The notes beneath the pieces were generated by a model, which did no database searches, was not told the DNA's origin, and saw nothing but the letters and a program-made list of their open reading frames with translations. This document shows, in pieces, positions 37,809 to 47,314 of a stretch of DNA of 52,092 bases (the first letter of the stretch is position 1; each line of letters opens with the position of its first letter). Both the position numbers and the translations under genes were made by a program. The DNA is taken from the NCBI GenBank assembly GCA_029006345.1, contig JAQXGK010000019.1:1-52092 (forward strand). The letters run 5' to 3'. The stretch is from Bacillota bacterium (GTDB taxonomy: Bacteria > Bacillota > Clostridia > Oscillospirales > SIG627).

Positions 37809-39431
37809 CTATTTTCCCCTTTCCGTGACATTGTAGGGAGCATGTTCGCTGTCGGACATGGATATGCGGATAATCGACGCGCCCGGCTGTTTTACAATTG
37901 CTTCAAGGTCGGAGGACTCGCCGACATCGAAATATGACAGTCCGTAAGCGGCGGCAATAAGCGAAAAATCGGGATTAAACGCAACGCAAAAAGGCTTGTC
38001 GCTGTCCGGATAGACATATTCATACTGCTGTTCGACGAGGCCGAGACAGGAATTGTCGGCGATTACGATTTTCAGATTTCTTATTCCGCATTGAGCGACG
38101 GTGGCGAGCTCCTGAAGGCACATTTGAATCGAGCCGTCGCCCGTGAACAGTACTACCTCGCGGTCGGGATGTCCGAGCGCGGCGCCTATGGCCGCCGGAA
38201 GTCCGAAGCCCATAGTGCCGAGACCGCCTGAGCATATAAAATCTCCTGGACGGGATACGCGGCAGGCCGATGCCGCGAAGAGCTGATGCTGACCGACATC
38301 GGTAACGAATATTGCGTCGCCGCACAGCTCTGCAATGCGGGAAATAATAACTTCGCCTGCGCCTGCCGGACTGTCATCGGAGGAACATGCTATACTGTCG
38401 CACCACTTTTTCCACTCGGCTTTTTTGCCGTCGGGAAGCGGCAGACTGTCGAGAAAGCCGCAGAATTCGGCCGCGTCGGAAACAACGGGGCAGGAGGAAA
38501 ATACGTTTTTGCAAAGTTCCGCGGCGTCGATATCGGCGTGGATGACAGTTCTCTTATCGGCAAAACGGGCGGCGTTCGGCACACTGCGGTCTGAAAAACG
38601 GCAGCCTATCGCGATAACCAGGTCGCTGTTTTCCACAGCCGCCGCGGCGTGCGCCGTGCCGTGAACGCCGAGCATTCCGAACACATTCGGAAGGTGATTG
38701 TCAATACCCGATTTTCCCATCATGGTATAAACAACGGGCACATTATAGCTTGAAGAAAAGTGGGAGAGAGAGTCTCCGGCCGCCTTGCCGGCGGAAACCA
38801 CGCCGCCGCCGCATATTATAACCGGCCGCTCGGCGGCGGATATAAGATCGGCAATTTCGTCCTTAACACCCGACAGAGGCGCTGAATTGTGCCGTTCATG
38901 GGGCAGGACAGGATGCGTGGCAAGACTCTCGGGGATATCGCTTTCAAGCACATCTCGGGGAATATCGATAAGCACCGGACCCTTGCGGCCGGTATTGATT
39001 ATGCGCCAGGCCTCCTCCAGCACCGTCGGCAGCTCCAGAGGATCCTTGACGAGAAAATTGTGCTTGGTTACCGCCAGCGTGATACCCATGATATCAGCCT
39101 CCTGAAAGGCGTCGTGACCGATGCTTGAGCGCTCCACCTGACCTGTGACTGCGAGAAGCGGCACGCTGTCAAGCATGGCGTCGCACAGGCCGGTGACGAG
39201 GTTGGTCGCTCCCGGGCCGGAGGTTGCGAGGCAGACGCCTACACGTCCGCTGGACTTGGCGTAGCCCTCGGCGGCGTGTACCGCCCCCTGCTCATGGCGC
39301 ACGGTGATGTGGCGAATAGAGCTCTTTGAGAGCGCTTCATATACTGATAAAACGGCATTGCCGGGGTAATCGAACAGTATTTCTACGCCCTTGCGGGAGA
39401 GAAATTCGGTTATGTAATATACTGCTTTCAT
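37809..39431 (-). CDS. ilvB: Acetolactate synthase large subunit
   Basis: RHEQGA, ATSGPGATN, DAFQE, GGLGTMGFGLPAA, GDGS. Confidence 0.9.
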   Translation of the reverse strand: MKAVYYITEFLSRKGVEILFDYPGNAVLSVYEALSKSSIRHITVRHEQGAVHAAEGYAKSSGRVGVCLATSGPGATNLVTGLCDAMLDSVPLLAVTGQVERSSIGHDAFQEADIMGITLAVTKHNFLVKDPLELPTVLEEAWRIINTGRKGPVLIDIPRDVLESDIPESLATHPVLPHERHNSAPLSGVKDEIADLISAAERPVIICGGGVVSAGKAAGDSLSHFSSSYNVPVVYTMMGKSGIDNHLPNVFGMLGVHGTAHAAAAVENSDLVIAIGCRFSDRSVPNAARFADKRTVIHADIDAAELCKNVFSSCPVVSDAAEFCGFLDSLPLPDGKKAEWKKWCDSIACSSDDSPAGAGEVIISRIAELCGDAIFVTDVGQHQLFAASACRVSRPGDFICSGGLGTMGFGLPAAIGAALGHPDREVVLFTGDGSIQMCLQELATVAQCGIRNLKIVIADNSCLGLVEQQYEYVYPDSDKPFCVAFNPDFSLIAAAYGLSYFDVGESSDLEAIVKQPGASIIRISMSDSEHAPYNVTERGK

Positions 39432-39440
39432 TACAATTCC

Positions 39441-41012
39441 TTATACCTTTTCGGTAAGAAAATACTCTACGGAGTCGATGAGGGCCTTCCAGCTTGCTTC
39501 CATAATATCGGTGGATACGCCGACGGTGTGCCAGCTTGTTCTGCCGTCCGAGGTCTCGATGAGAACCCGGACCTTCGCACCGGTCGCACCCGCGCTGTCA
39601 AGAACTCTTACCTTATAATCGACCAGCTTGATGTTTTCGATTGCGGGATAAAAGCGCTTGAGAGCCTTTCTGAGGGCATTGTCCATCGCGTTGACGGGAC
39701 CGTTGCCTTCGGCGGCCGTAATTTCCTCTGTTCCGTTGACTTCAATTTTGATGAGCGCCGAAGCCTTTGCCGCCTCGGCGTTGGTTATATTCGGCTCGCC
39801 GAGCACCAGCTTGAAGGTGAGCAGCCGAAAGAAGCTGCGCCGCTTGCCGAGCGAACGGAGGATTTCAAGCTTGAGCGAGGCGTCGGCATTTTCGTAGAAG
39901 TAGCCCTCTTTTTCGTGGGCCTTAATATCCTTGAGAAAATTCGATACGACGGGCGAATTTTTTTCGAGCGTCGGCTCAAGGGAGTGCATTTTTTCAAAAA
40001 TTGCGCTTTTGCCCGAAAACTCTCCGATGACATTCTTTCGCTCGTTTCCGACTGTGGCAGGGTCGATGTGTTCAAATGAGCCGGGCAGCTTTTTGACTGC
40101 GTCGATGTGCATTCCGGCCTTGTGCGAGAAGGCAAGCGAGCCGACGAACGGCTGTCGCTCGTCAAAGGAGGTGTTTGCAAGGTCGGCGATATCGCGGGAG
40201 AGCGACGTCAAACGGGGCAGGTTTTCACTGCAGACAAGCGAGTAGCCCATCTTCAGGGTCAGAATGGGAATGAGCGTTGACAGCGACGCATTTCCGCATC
40301 GCTCGCCCAGCCCCAAAAATGTGCCGTGAATCTGTGTTGCTCCGGCTTCGACCGCGGAGAGGGTGCAGGCTACGGCAAGTCCGCTGTCGTTGTGACAGTG
40401 TATGCCGAATTTCTTGCCCGGAAAGCGTGAAAGAGTGTCGCGCGTAATACCGCCGACCTCGGCCGGAAGACTTCCGCCGTTGGTATCGCACAGCACCACA
40501 CTGTCGGCGCCCGCTTCAAAAGCGGCTCCGACGACGTCAAACGCCGTCTGCGGCATTTCCTTGCAGCCGTCAAAAAAGTGCTCGGCATAAAAGATTACAG
40601 GTATGTTCCGTGCGGTAAAATAACGCACGGATTCGGTGATTATCCGCAGATTTTCGCGTCTGCCGGTTTTCAGTATCTTTTTTATGTGCGTGTAGGACGC
40701 CTTTCCGACGACGCTTACGCAATCCGCGCCGCATTCGGCTGTTTTGCGCAGTCCCTCGTCCTGTTCGGCCGCTTCGCCGACCTTACAGGTCGATACAAAG
40801 GCGCACAGACGGCTTTTGCGTTTTTCGTTTCTCAAAAGCTCGAAAAGCTCGCCGTCCTTCGGATTGTAGGCGGGATTTCCGGCCTCTATGCAATCTATTC
40901 CGAAACAATCGATAAGCGAGATGAGCTTGTGCTTATCGCTGACCGAAAAGGATATGCCGGAGGCCTGAGCGCCGTCGCGCAGGGTGGTATCAAATATTTC
41001 CAGCTGTTTCAT
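39441..41012 (-). CDS. cimA: Citramalate synthase
   Basis: DTTLRDGAQ, AEHFFDG, LCDTNGG, HCHNDSG, HKAGMH, DYKVRVL, VRVLIE. Confidence 0.9.
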   Translation of the reverse strand: MKQLEIFDTTLRDGAQASGISFSVSDKHKLISLIDCFGIDCIEAGNPAYNPKDGELFELLRNEKRKSRLCAFVSTCKVGEAAEQDEGLRKTAECGADCVSVVGKASYTHIKKILKTGRRENLRIITESVRYFTARNIPVIFYAEHFFDGCKEMPQTAFDVVGAAFEAGADSVVLCDTNGGSLPAEVGGITRDTLSRFPGKKFGIHCHNDSGLAVACTLSAVEAGATQIHGTFLGLGERCGNASLSTLIPILTLKMGYSLVCSENLPRLTSLSRDIADLANTSFDERQPFVGSLAFSHKAGMHIDAVKKLPGSFEHIDPATVGNERKNVIGEFSGKSAIFEKMHSLEPTLEKNSPVVSNFLKDIKAHEKEGYFYENADASLKLEILRSLGKRRSFFRLLTFKLVLGEPNITNAEAAKASALIKIEVNGTEEITAAEGNGPVNAMDNALRKALKRFYPAIENIKLVDYKVRVLDSAGATGAKVRVLIETSDGRTSWHTVGVSTDIMEASWKALIDSVEYFLTEKV

Positions 41013-42532
41013 TATGAATTCTCCGAATAGTACAGCGCCCTGTTTATGGCGTTGACATACGATTTTATACTTGCCTCTATAATGTCCACAGACACGCCGT
41101 GTCCGCCGTAAATATTGTCCTCGTATTTTATTTTGACATTGACCTCTCCCAGTGCGTCCGCGCCGTCCGTGACCGCCCGTATGCGGTATTCGAACAGAGA
41201 GATGTCCTTGTTTACAATCTTATTGATGGCGTTGAAGGCGGCGTCGATGGGACCGTTGCCTATCGCCGCGTCGCATTTGGAAACGCCGTCTTTCGTAAGC
41301 GACAGCATTGCGGTAGCTTTCATGGCGCTTCCGCTCTGCGTCTGGAACATATCTATGCGGTAGCCGCTGTCCAGAATGGACTGATCGACAAAGTCGCGGA
41401 TTATGACCGCAATCTCTTCATCGCCGACTACTTTTTTCGTGCCGGCTATCCGCTTGAACGACGCAAAGGCCTTGTCGAGGACTTCGCGGTCGAGCGAAAA
41501 GCCGAGCTCGCGTGCCTTTTCGGCGAAGGCGTGACGTCCGGACAGCTTGCCGAGCAGCATTGTATTTCTGGTTTTGCCGATTGTTTCAGGCGGGAAAATC
41601 TCGTAGGTTTCGGGGTTTTCCAGCACGCCGTGCTGATGAATTCCCGATTCATGGATAAATATATTTTTGCCGACAATGGCTTTGTTCGGAGGAATATGCA
41701 TTCCGCTCATGTCGGACACCGTCTTTGAAATTCTGCTTATCTCGGATGTTGCGATGTTTAAGCCGATGTCATAAAAATCCTTCCGTACGGTCAGTGCCAT
41801 GGCGACCTCTTCAAGCGCGGCGTTGCCCGCCCGCTCTCCTATGCCGTTTACGGTGCAGTCTACCTGAGCCGCGCCCGCACCGACGGCGGCAAGGCTGTTG
41901 GCAACGGCGAGCCCCAGGTCGTCGTGACAATGAACCGCGATGGCGGCGCGGTCGATGTTTTTCACATTATTTCTGACGAAGCCGATAAGCTCGGCGTATT
42001 CGCGCGGCTGGATGTATCCGACGGTATCGGGAATATTCACCGTAGCGGCGCCGGCGTCGATAACACCCTCAAAAAGGCGGCAGAGAAAATTGCGGTCGCT
42101 GCGTGTAGCATCCTCGGCGGAGAACTGCACATCTTCAAAATAGCGTCTGCCGTAACGCACCGCCTCGACTGCCGCGGCGTACACCTCGTCCTCGGTCATA
42201 TTGAGCTTATACTTCATATGGACGGGGCTGGCGGCGATAAAAATATGAAGCCTCGGGCGTTTGGCGCCTGCGAGCGCCTCGCGGGCCGCGTCGATATCGT
42301 TTTCGTTCGCACGGGCAAGGGATGCTATAACGGAATTTCTGACCTGCGCACCTGCAAGGCTGACCGCCTTGAAGTCGCTCGGCGAAGCCGCCGCAAAGCC
42401 CGGCTCGATTATGTCGATGCCCGCGTGCTCAAGCTGAAGCGCTATCTCAAGCTTCTGCCTTGAAGATATATTTACGCCCGGAGTTTGATCTCCGTCACGG
42501 AGAGTTGTGTCGAAAATCTTTATCTGTCTCAT
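41012..42532 (-). CDS. leuA: 2-isopropylmalate synthase
   Basis: DTTLRDG, EDATRS, PDTVG, HCHDDLG, GERAGN, HESGIHQHG, GNGPID; start after AGGTGG. Confidence 0.9.
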   Translation of the reverse strand: MRQIKIFDTTLRDGDQTPGVNISSRQKLEIALQLEHAGIDIIEPGFAAASPSDFKAVSLAGAQVRNSVIASLARANENDIDAAREALAGAKRPRLHIFIAASPVHMKYKLNMTEDEVYAAAVEAVRYGRRYFEDVQFSAEDATRSDRNFLCRLFEGVIDAGAATVNIPDTVGYIQPREYAELIGFVRNNVKNIDRAAIAVHCHDDLGLAVANSLAAVGAGAAQVDCTVNGIGERAGNAALEEVAMALTVRKDFYDIGLNIATSEISRISKTVSDMSGMHIPPNKAIVGKNIFIHESGIHQHGVLENPETYEIFPPETIGKTRNTMLLGKLSGRHAFAEKARELGFSLDREVLDKAFASFKRIAGTKKVVGDEEIAVIIRDFVDQSILDSGYRIDMFQTQSGSAMKATAMLSLTKDGVSKCDAAIGNGPIDAAFNAINKIVNKDISLFEYRIRAVTDGADALGEVNVKIKYEDNIYGGHGVSVDIIEASIKSYVNAINRALYYSENS

Positions 42533-42737
42533 AAAACCACCTGTTACCGATTGCATTTTCACGAATATAAAGATATAATCAGTATATCATAGTTGTATAT
42601 AAAAGTAAAGATTTCGCGCGTTTTGCCGTTTATGGGCGCAAGTTTTAGCCGCCCGTCAAACGGGTTTCAGCATTTCTTCACAATCGCGCGCTAAAATGCA
42701 GGCAATAAGAAAAAGAAAAAGGGGGATGGACAGTACT

Positions 42738-43907
42738 ATGAAAAAGCATTCGGTAACAGCGGTTATTGCTCTGATGCTTGTTGCTCTGATGCTTATGAGC
42801 ACGGGGTGCTCCTTTAAGGATATGATTTCTTCTCCGGGCGAGACCGAGACAAGCGAGCTTCCGGCGGAGAATAACGATACAAGCGAGAGCGCGGAGGACG
42901 GGCAGTCGCCGGCAGGCACGACAGAGACGGATTCGTCCGGCGGCACGGAAACTGCGCAGCCCGTCAGAGAGAGCTTTGCAGATACGATAGATGCGATAAA
43001 GGACAGCGTGGTCGCGATAAATGTGTACGGCACGGCATATGACTATTTTTACCGCGAATATCCGACAGAGGGAGCCGGAAGCGGCGTTATTATTTCGCCC
43101 GACGGATATATCGTGACCAATAATCATGTCGTTACCGGCGGCAATTCGATTACCGTATTTCTTCAGGACGGAACGGATTATCCGGCGAGGGTGGTAGGCA
43201 GTGACGAGACCGGAGATCTCGCTGTACTTAAAATCGACGCGAAAGGGCTGACTGCCGCAAAGATAGGCAATTCATCCACTCTGCGCGTGGGCGACGTGGC
43301 GATAGCCGTCGGAAATCCGCTCGGCGAGCTTCAGGGAACTGTTACCAAGGGAATAATAAGTGCGCTCGACAGAGAGCTTACGATAGATAATCGCACCATG
43401 ACGCTGTTGCAGACCGATGCGGCGATAAACCCCGGAAATTCGGGCGGCGGTCTCTTTGATTCAAACGGTACTTTGATAGGGATAGTTTGCGCCAAAAGCT
43501 CCTCCGGCAATGCCGAAGGACTGGGCTTTGTCATTCCGATAGACATTGCAAAGCCGATTTTTGACGATTTGATAGACTACGGCTATGTTACCGGTCGTCC
43601 GACGCTCGGCTTGACTACTGTGGATATTTCCAATAATATCAGTGCTTGGCAGAACGGCGTAGACTGGATAGGAGTATATGTCAGCGAGGTAACCGAAGAC
43701 GGCCCGGCAGACGCGGCGGGTATTAAGAGGGTGGATTACATCCACATGGTTGACGGCAAGGTAATATCGTCGACGTCCGAGCTTGAGGCGGCTGTCAGCG
43801 CCAAATCTGTAGGCGACAGGGTCGAGCTGGAAATCTGGCGCGGAAGCAGCCGAATGACCGTTACCGTGACGCTCGGAGAGGATAATAATGCCGCAACGCG
43901 AAGCTGA
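42738..43907 (+). CDS. htrA: HtrA/DegP-family serine protease with PDZ domain, lipoprotein
   Basis: Lipobox STGC; GSGVI, TNNHVV, DLAVLK, QTDAAINPGNSGG. Confidence 0.92.
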   Translation: MKKHSVTAVIALMLVALMLMSTGCSFKDMISSPGETETSELPAENNDTSESAEDGQSPAGTTETDSSGGTETAQPVRESFADTIDAIKDSVVAINVYGTAYDYFYREYPTEGAGSGVIISPDGYIVTNNHVVTGGNSITVFLQDGTDYPARVVGSDETGDLAVLKIDAKGLTAAKIGNSSTLRVGDVAIAVGNPLGELQGTVTKGIISALDRELTIDNRTMTLLQTDAAINPGNSGGGLFDSNGTLIGIVCAKSSSGNAEGLGFVIPIDIAKPIFDDLIDYGYVTGRPTLGLTTVDISNNISAWQNGVDWIGVYVSEVTEDGPADAAGIKRVDYIHMVDGKVISSTSELEAAVSAKSVGDRVELEIWRGSSRMTVTVTLGEDNNAATRS

Positions 43908-43910
43908 GTG

Positions 43911-43939
43911 TTGACAGATGCCGATTTGCGGCATATAAT
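43911..43939 (+). promoter_or_regulatory. Consensus sigma-A promoter for ribU
   Basis: TTGACA-17-TATAAT. Confidence 0.85.
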
Positions 43940-43953
43940 GGCTACGGTCAAAT

Positions 43954-44109
43954 AATACTTCGGGGAATGGTGAAAATCCATTACCGGCAGTGATTTCGCA
44001 TTTGCGAACAAGTCTGCGAACGACCCTTTGCGGTCGCCGAACGGGTGAAAATCCCGTACCGACGGTGTTTCCCGCCTGTGGGCGGGTCGAGTCCGGATGA
44101 GAGAAGATA
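43954..44109 (+). ncRNA. FMN riboswitch (RFN element)
   Basis: CTTCGGGG, GGTGAAAATCC, ACCGGCAGT, AGTCTGCGA, GGTGAAAATCCC, CCGACGGT, AGTCCGGATGAGAGAAG; upstream of ribU. Confidence 0.93.
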
Positions 44110-44142
44110 GGGCGGCTTTTCGCCTGCATGTCTCAATAATTT

Positions 44143-44172
44143 AAGCCCCGACGGTTTTCCGCCGGGGCTTTT
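44143..44172 (+). terminator. Riboswitch-controlled terminator
   Basis: AAGCCCCGACGG-tttt-CCGCCGGGGCTTTT. Confidence 0.85.
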
Positions 44173-44219
44173 GTCTTCCGATGTTGTTTGGCACAAAAAA
44201 ACAAGAAAAGGAAGAAAAA

Positions 44220-44831
44220 ATGCAAAACACTGAATCCCTAAAATCGCGCGTCACACTTCGCAAAATTGCCGTTACGGGTATAATGGCGGCAATCGCAACC
44301 GTTCTTATGATGGTAGAATTCCCGATCCCGGCACTCATACCATCCTTTGTTAAGCTCGACTTCAGCGAGCTTCCGGCACTTATTACCGGCTTTTGTTTCG
44401 GACCGGTACACGGCGTGGCGGTCTGCCTTATCAAGAATGTCATTCACTTGGCTTTTTCCGCCACCGGTGGAGTGGGAGAGCTGGCAAACTTCTTGATAGG
44501 CGCGCCGTTTGTTCTGATCGCATCGCTGATATACAAACGCAAAAAAAGCCGCTCCGGTGCGCTTATCGGCTCGCTGATCGGCGCTGTCATTACTGCTGCG
44601 GTTTCGGTGCCGGTCAACTACTTCATTTCGTACCCCGTCTACACGGCGTTTATGGATATGAGTGCGATTGTAGCGGCTTATAAGGCTATTTTGCCTGCCG
44701 CCGACACACTTATAAAGGCGCTGCTGATTTTCAACGCTCCGTTTACGCTCGCCAAGGCGCTGATTGATGCCGTCATTACGTTTTTGATTTACAAAAAGCT
44801 CAGCCCGCTGCTCAAGGGCAAGGCGCAATAA
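44220..44831 (+). CDS. ribU: Riboflavin ECF transporter S component
   Basis: KLDFSELPAL, GGVGELANF; controlled by the FMN riboswitch. Confidence 0.9.
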   Translation: MQNTESLKSRVTLRKIAVTGIMAAIATVLMMVEFPIPALIPSFVKLDFSELPALITGFCFGPVHGVAVCLIKNVIHLAFSATGGVGELANFLIGAPFVLIASLIYKRKKSRSGALIGSLIGAVITAAVSVPVNYFISYPVYTAFMDMSAIVAAYKAILPAADTLIKALLIFNAPFTLAKALIDAVITFLIYKKLSPLLKGKAQ

Positions 44832-44940
44832 TTAATTTTTGCGGCGGTTTCCTCGGGAAATCGCCCTTTTGTTATTGTTATGCAAACAAAAATCGTGTAT
44901 AATAAAACAAAAATATGAAAATGAAAGGAACGGTCACAAA

Positions 44941-45423
44941 ATGAACGAAGAATTATTAAAGCTCATTGAAAAAAGCTGTGTCATTGACACAAAGGCACTT
45001 GCCGCGCGCACGGGCGAGGACGAGGATAAGCTCGCCGCTGAGATTCGCGAGCTGCAGGCCGCCGGCATTCTTTGCGGATGTCACGCGCTGATAAACTGGG
45101 ACGAGGCAAATGACGAGAGAGTGACCGCGCTGATAGAAATAAAGGTCACGCCGCACAAGGAGCTCGGATATAACCGTATTGCAGCGCGCATTTCAAAAAT
45201 CGACGAGGTTTCGGCGGTATATCTTATGTCCGGGGCATTTGATTTTACCGTAATAATCACCGGCAAGACCATGCGTGAAATCTCGCGCATAGTCATGGAC
45301 AAGCTTGCGATAATCGACGCGGTCGAGAGCACGGCTACTCATTTCATTTTGAAAAAATACAAGGAGAACGGCATAGAATTCGTCCAGTCGGCCGATGACA
45401 GACGAATGTCGATAACACCATGA
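44941..45423 (+). CDS. Lrp/AsnC family transcriptional regulator
   Basis: INWD, VTALIEIKVTP, VYLMSGAFD, STATHFILKKYK. Confidence 0.9.
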   Translation: MNEELLKLIEKSCVIDTKALAARTGEDEDKLAAEIRELQAAGILCGCHALINWDEANDERVTALIEIKVTPHKELGYNRIAARISKIDEVSAVYLMSGAFDFTVIITGKTMREISRIVMDKLAIIDAVESTATHFILKKYKENGIEFVQSADDRRMSITP

Positions 45424-46595
45424 GAGACGATATTCTGTCGAGAAAAACCGCAGCTATTCCGCCTTCGGGAATCCGCCGCTTTTTTGATTTGGTCAGCGAA
45501 CGCTCCGACGTTATTTCACTCGGCGTAGGCGAGCCGGATTTCGATACGCCGTGGCATATCCGCGAGGCGGGCATACGGTCATTGGAGCGCGGTTACACCT
45601 TCTACACCTCTAACGCGGGCCTTGCGGAGCTGCGCCGGGAAATATCGGTATATCTCGAAAAGCGCACCGGCTGTACATACGACCCCAAGACCGAGATACT
45701 TGTGACGGTAGGTGGAAGCGAAGCGATAGATGCTGCGCTGCGCGCCATAATCAACGAGGGGGACGAGGTGATTATACCTCAGCCGAGCTATGTTTCCTAT
45801 GAGCCGTGCGCCGTGCTCGCAGGAGCTAAGCCGGTAATAGTAGAGCTGCGCGAGCAGGATCGCTTCAAGCTGACTCCCGAGGTATTGCTGCCTGCCATGT
45901 CTGAAAAGACAAAAGCGCTGATACTCCCGTTCCCGAACAATCCGACCGGTTCGGTCATGCGGCGCGAGGAGCTTGAGAAAATAGCAAAAATTGCCGTTGA
46001 ACGCGATATTGTCGTTATTTCGGACGAAATATACTCCGAGCTGACATACGGCGGAGAACACTTTTCCATCGTTTCACTCCCCGGAATGAAGGAGCGCACG
46101 GTTTTGATCAACGGATTTTCAAAGTCGTTTGCAATGACGGGATGGCGCCTCGGCTACGCGGCCGCACCGCACTTTATACTCGAGCAGATGGTGAAGATTC
46201 ATCAGTTTGCCATAATGTGCGCGCCTACCGGCAGTCAGTATGCGGCAATCGACGCGCTCAAGAACGGTGAGGCGGATGTCGAAAAGATGCGCGATGCCTA
46301 CGACAAACGGCGGCTGTATCTGCTCGGCGCCTTCAAAAAAATGGATATCGACTGCTTTGCGCCGGAGGGGGCTTTTTACGTCTTTCCGAGTATCAAGAAA
46401 TTCGGTCTTACCTCCGAGCAGTTTGCATTCGGACTGCTGGACGACCAGAAGCTTGCGGTCGTACCGGGGACGGCTTTCGGCGCCTGCGGCGAGGGCTTTT
46501 TGCGCATTTCCTACGCGTACTCGCTGGATGACTTAAAGGAAGCCATGAAGAGACTGGCGGCGTATATCAAAAAGCTGACGCAAGGCGAAAAATGA
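45420..46595 (+). CDS. Class I/II PLP-dependent aminotransferase
   Basis: SGIRRFF, LGVGEPDF, PNNPTG, DEIY, SKSFAMTGWRLG. Confidence 0.93.
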   Translation: MRDDILSRKTAAIPPSGIRRFFDLVSERSDVISLGVGEPDFDTPWHIREAGIRSLERGYTFYTSNAGLAELRREISVYLEKRTGCTYDPKTEILVTVGGSEAIDAALRAIINEGDEVIIPQPSYVSYEPCAVLAGAKPVIVELREQDRFKLTPEVLLPAMSEKTKALILPFPNNPTGSVMRREELEKIAKIAVERDIVVISDEIYSELTYGGEHFSIVSLPGMKERTVLINGFSKSFAMTGWRLGYAAAPHFILEQMVKIHQFAIMCAPTGSQYAAIDALKNGEADVEKMRDAYDKRRLYLLGAFKKMDIDCFAPEGAFYVFPSIKKFGLTSEQFAFGLLDDQKLAVVPGTAFGACGEGFLRISYAYSLDDLKEAMKRLAAYIKKLTQGEK

Positions 46596-46757
46596 CGGTA
46601 TGCCTTACGGGCAGACGCAAAAAACGTGTATTGACGTCCCGCCGCGGCAAATGCTTGAATAACGCGGCGGTAAAAAAGAGACAGCGACAAAAATCGCTGT
46701 CTCTTTGCTGTTAAAATACTTTCGGCGAGACTATCTGTTGTCGCCGGCAAAAAACGC

Positions 46758-47165
46758 TCAGTTTTCGGCAGTCTGACTCTGCTCCGGAGAATTGCTTGCT
46801 TCTGCGACGGGTTTAGCGCTTTGCTCCGGGACGGTGCCGGCTTGCGCTTTTGCGCGTGCATTGAGCTCGTAGCTCTTCATTTCTATAAGAGTCTGTGTGT
46901 TTTTTGCGGTGATGGCGCTGTTCTCAATAAGCTCGCCGTAGCCGCAAAGGAAAAAGCTGCCTATCCAGGCAAACAGAGCCCAAATGATACCTGCTAATAT
47001 TATCAAACAGATTACGCCGGCCGCTTCGGCACTGTTGCCTCTCATGTTGCCGAAAGCAACGACTGCAAAAATACCCGCGCAAACCGCTATGATACCGAGA
47101 GCGATATTTATCCAGCACATTACCTTCGCCAGCATTTTGATTTTTCCGCCCATATTTTTGAACAT
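46758..47165 (-). CDS. Small membrane protein with two TM segments
   Basis: GGAGG RBS before MFKNMGGKIK; two hydrophobic helices; GYGELIEN. Confidence 0.75.
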   Translation of the reverse strand: MFKNMGGKIKMLAKVMCWINIALGIIAVCAGIFAVVAFGNMRGNSAEAAGVICLIILAGIIWALFAWIGSFFLCGYGELIENSAITAKNTQTLIEMKSYELNARAKAQAGTVPEQSAKPVAEASNSPEQSQTAEN

Positions 47166-47314
47166 AGTTGTCCCTCCCAATAGCTGTTTTTATTGTAATT
47201 ATATATTAAACAACAAATTTATGCAATAGTTTTGTCGATTTTTGAAAGTGATACATGGGTAGAAATATAAAGCCGCAGACATATGTCTGCGGCTTTTGCA
47301 GTATTCGATTTTTG

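Noticed and set aside
42480-42515. LeuA DGDQ instead of DGEQ as a sign of inactivation
   Set aside because: This position varies among LeuA homologs; the catalytic R/D and HxH residues are intact
46596-46757. Several hairpins as a possible ncRNA
   Set aside because: Explained by terminators between convergent genes; no convincing promoter
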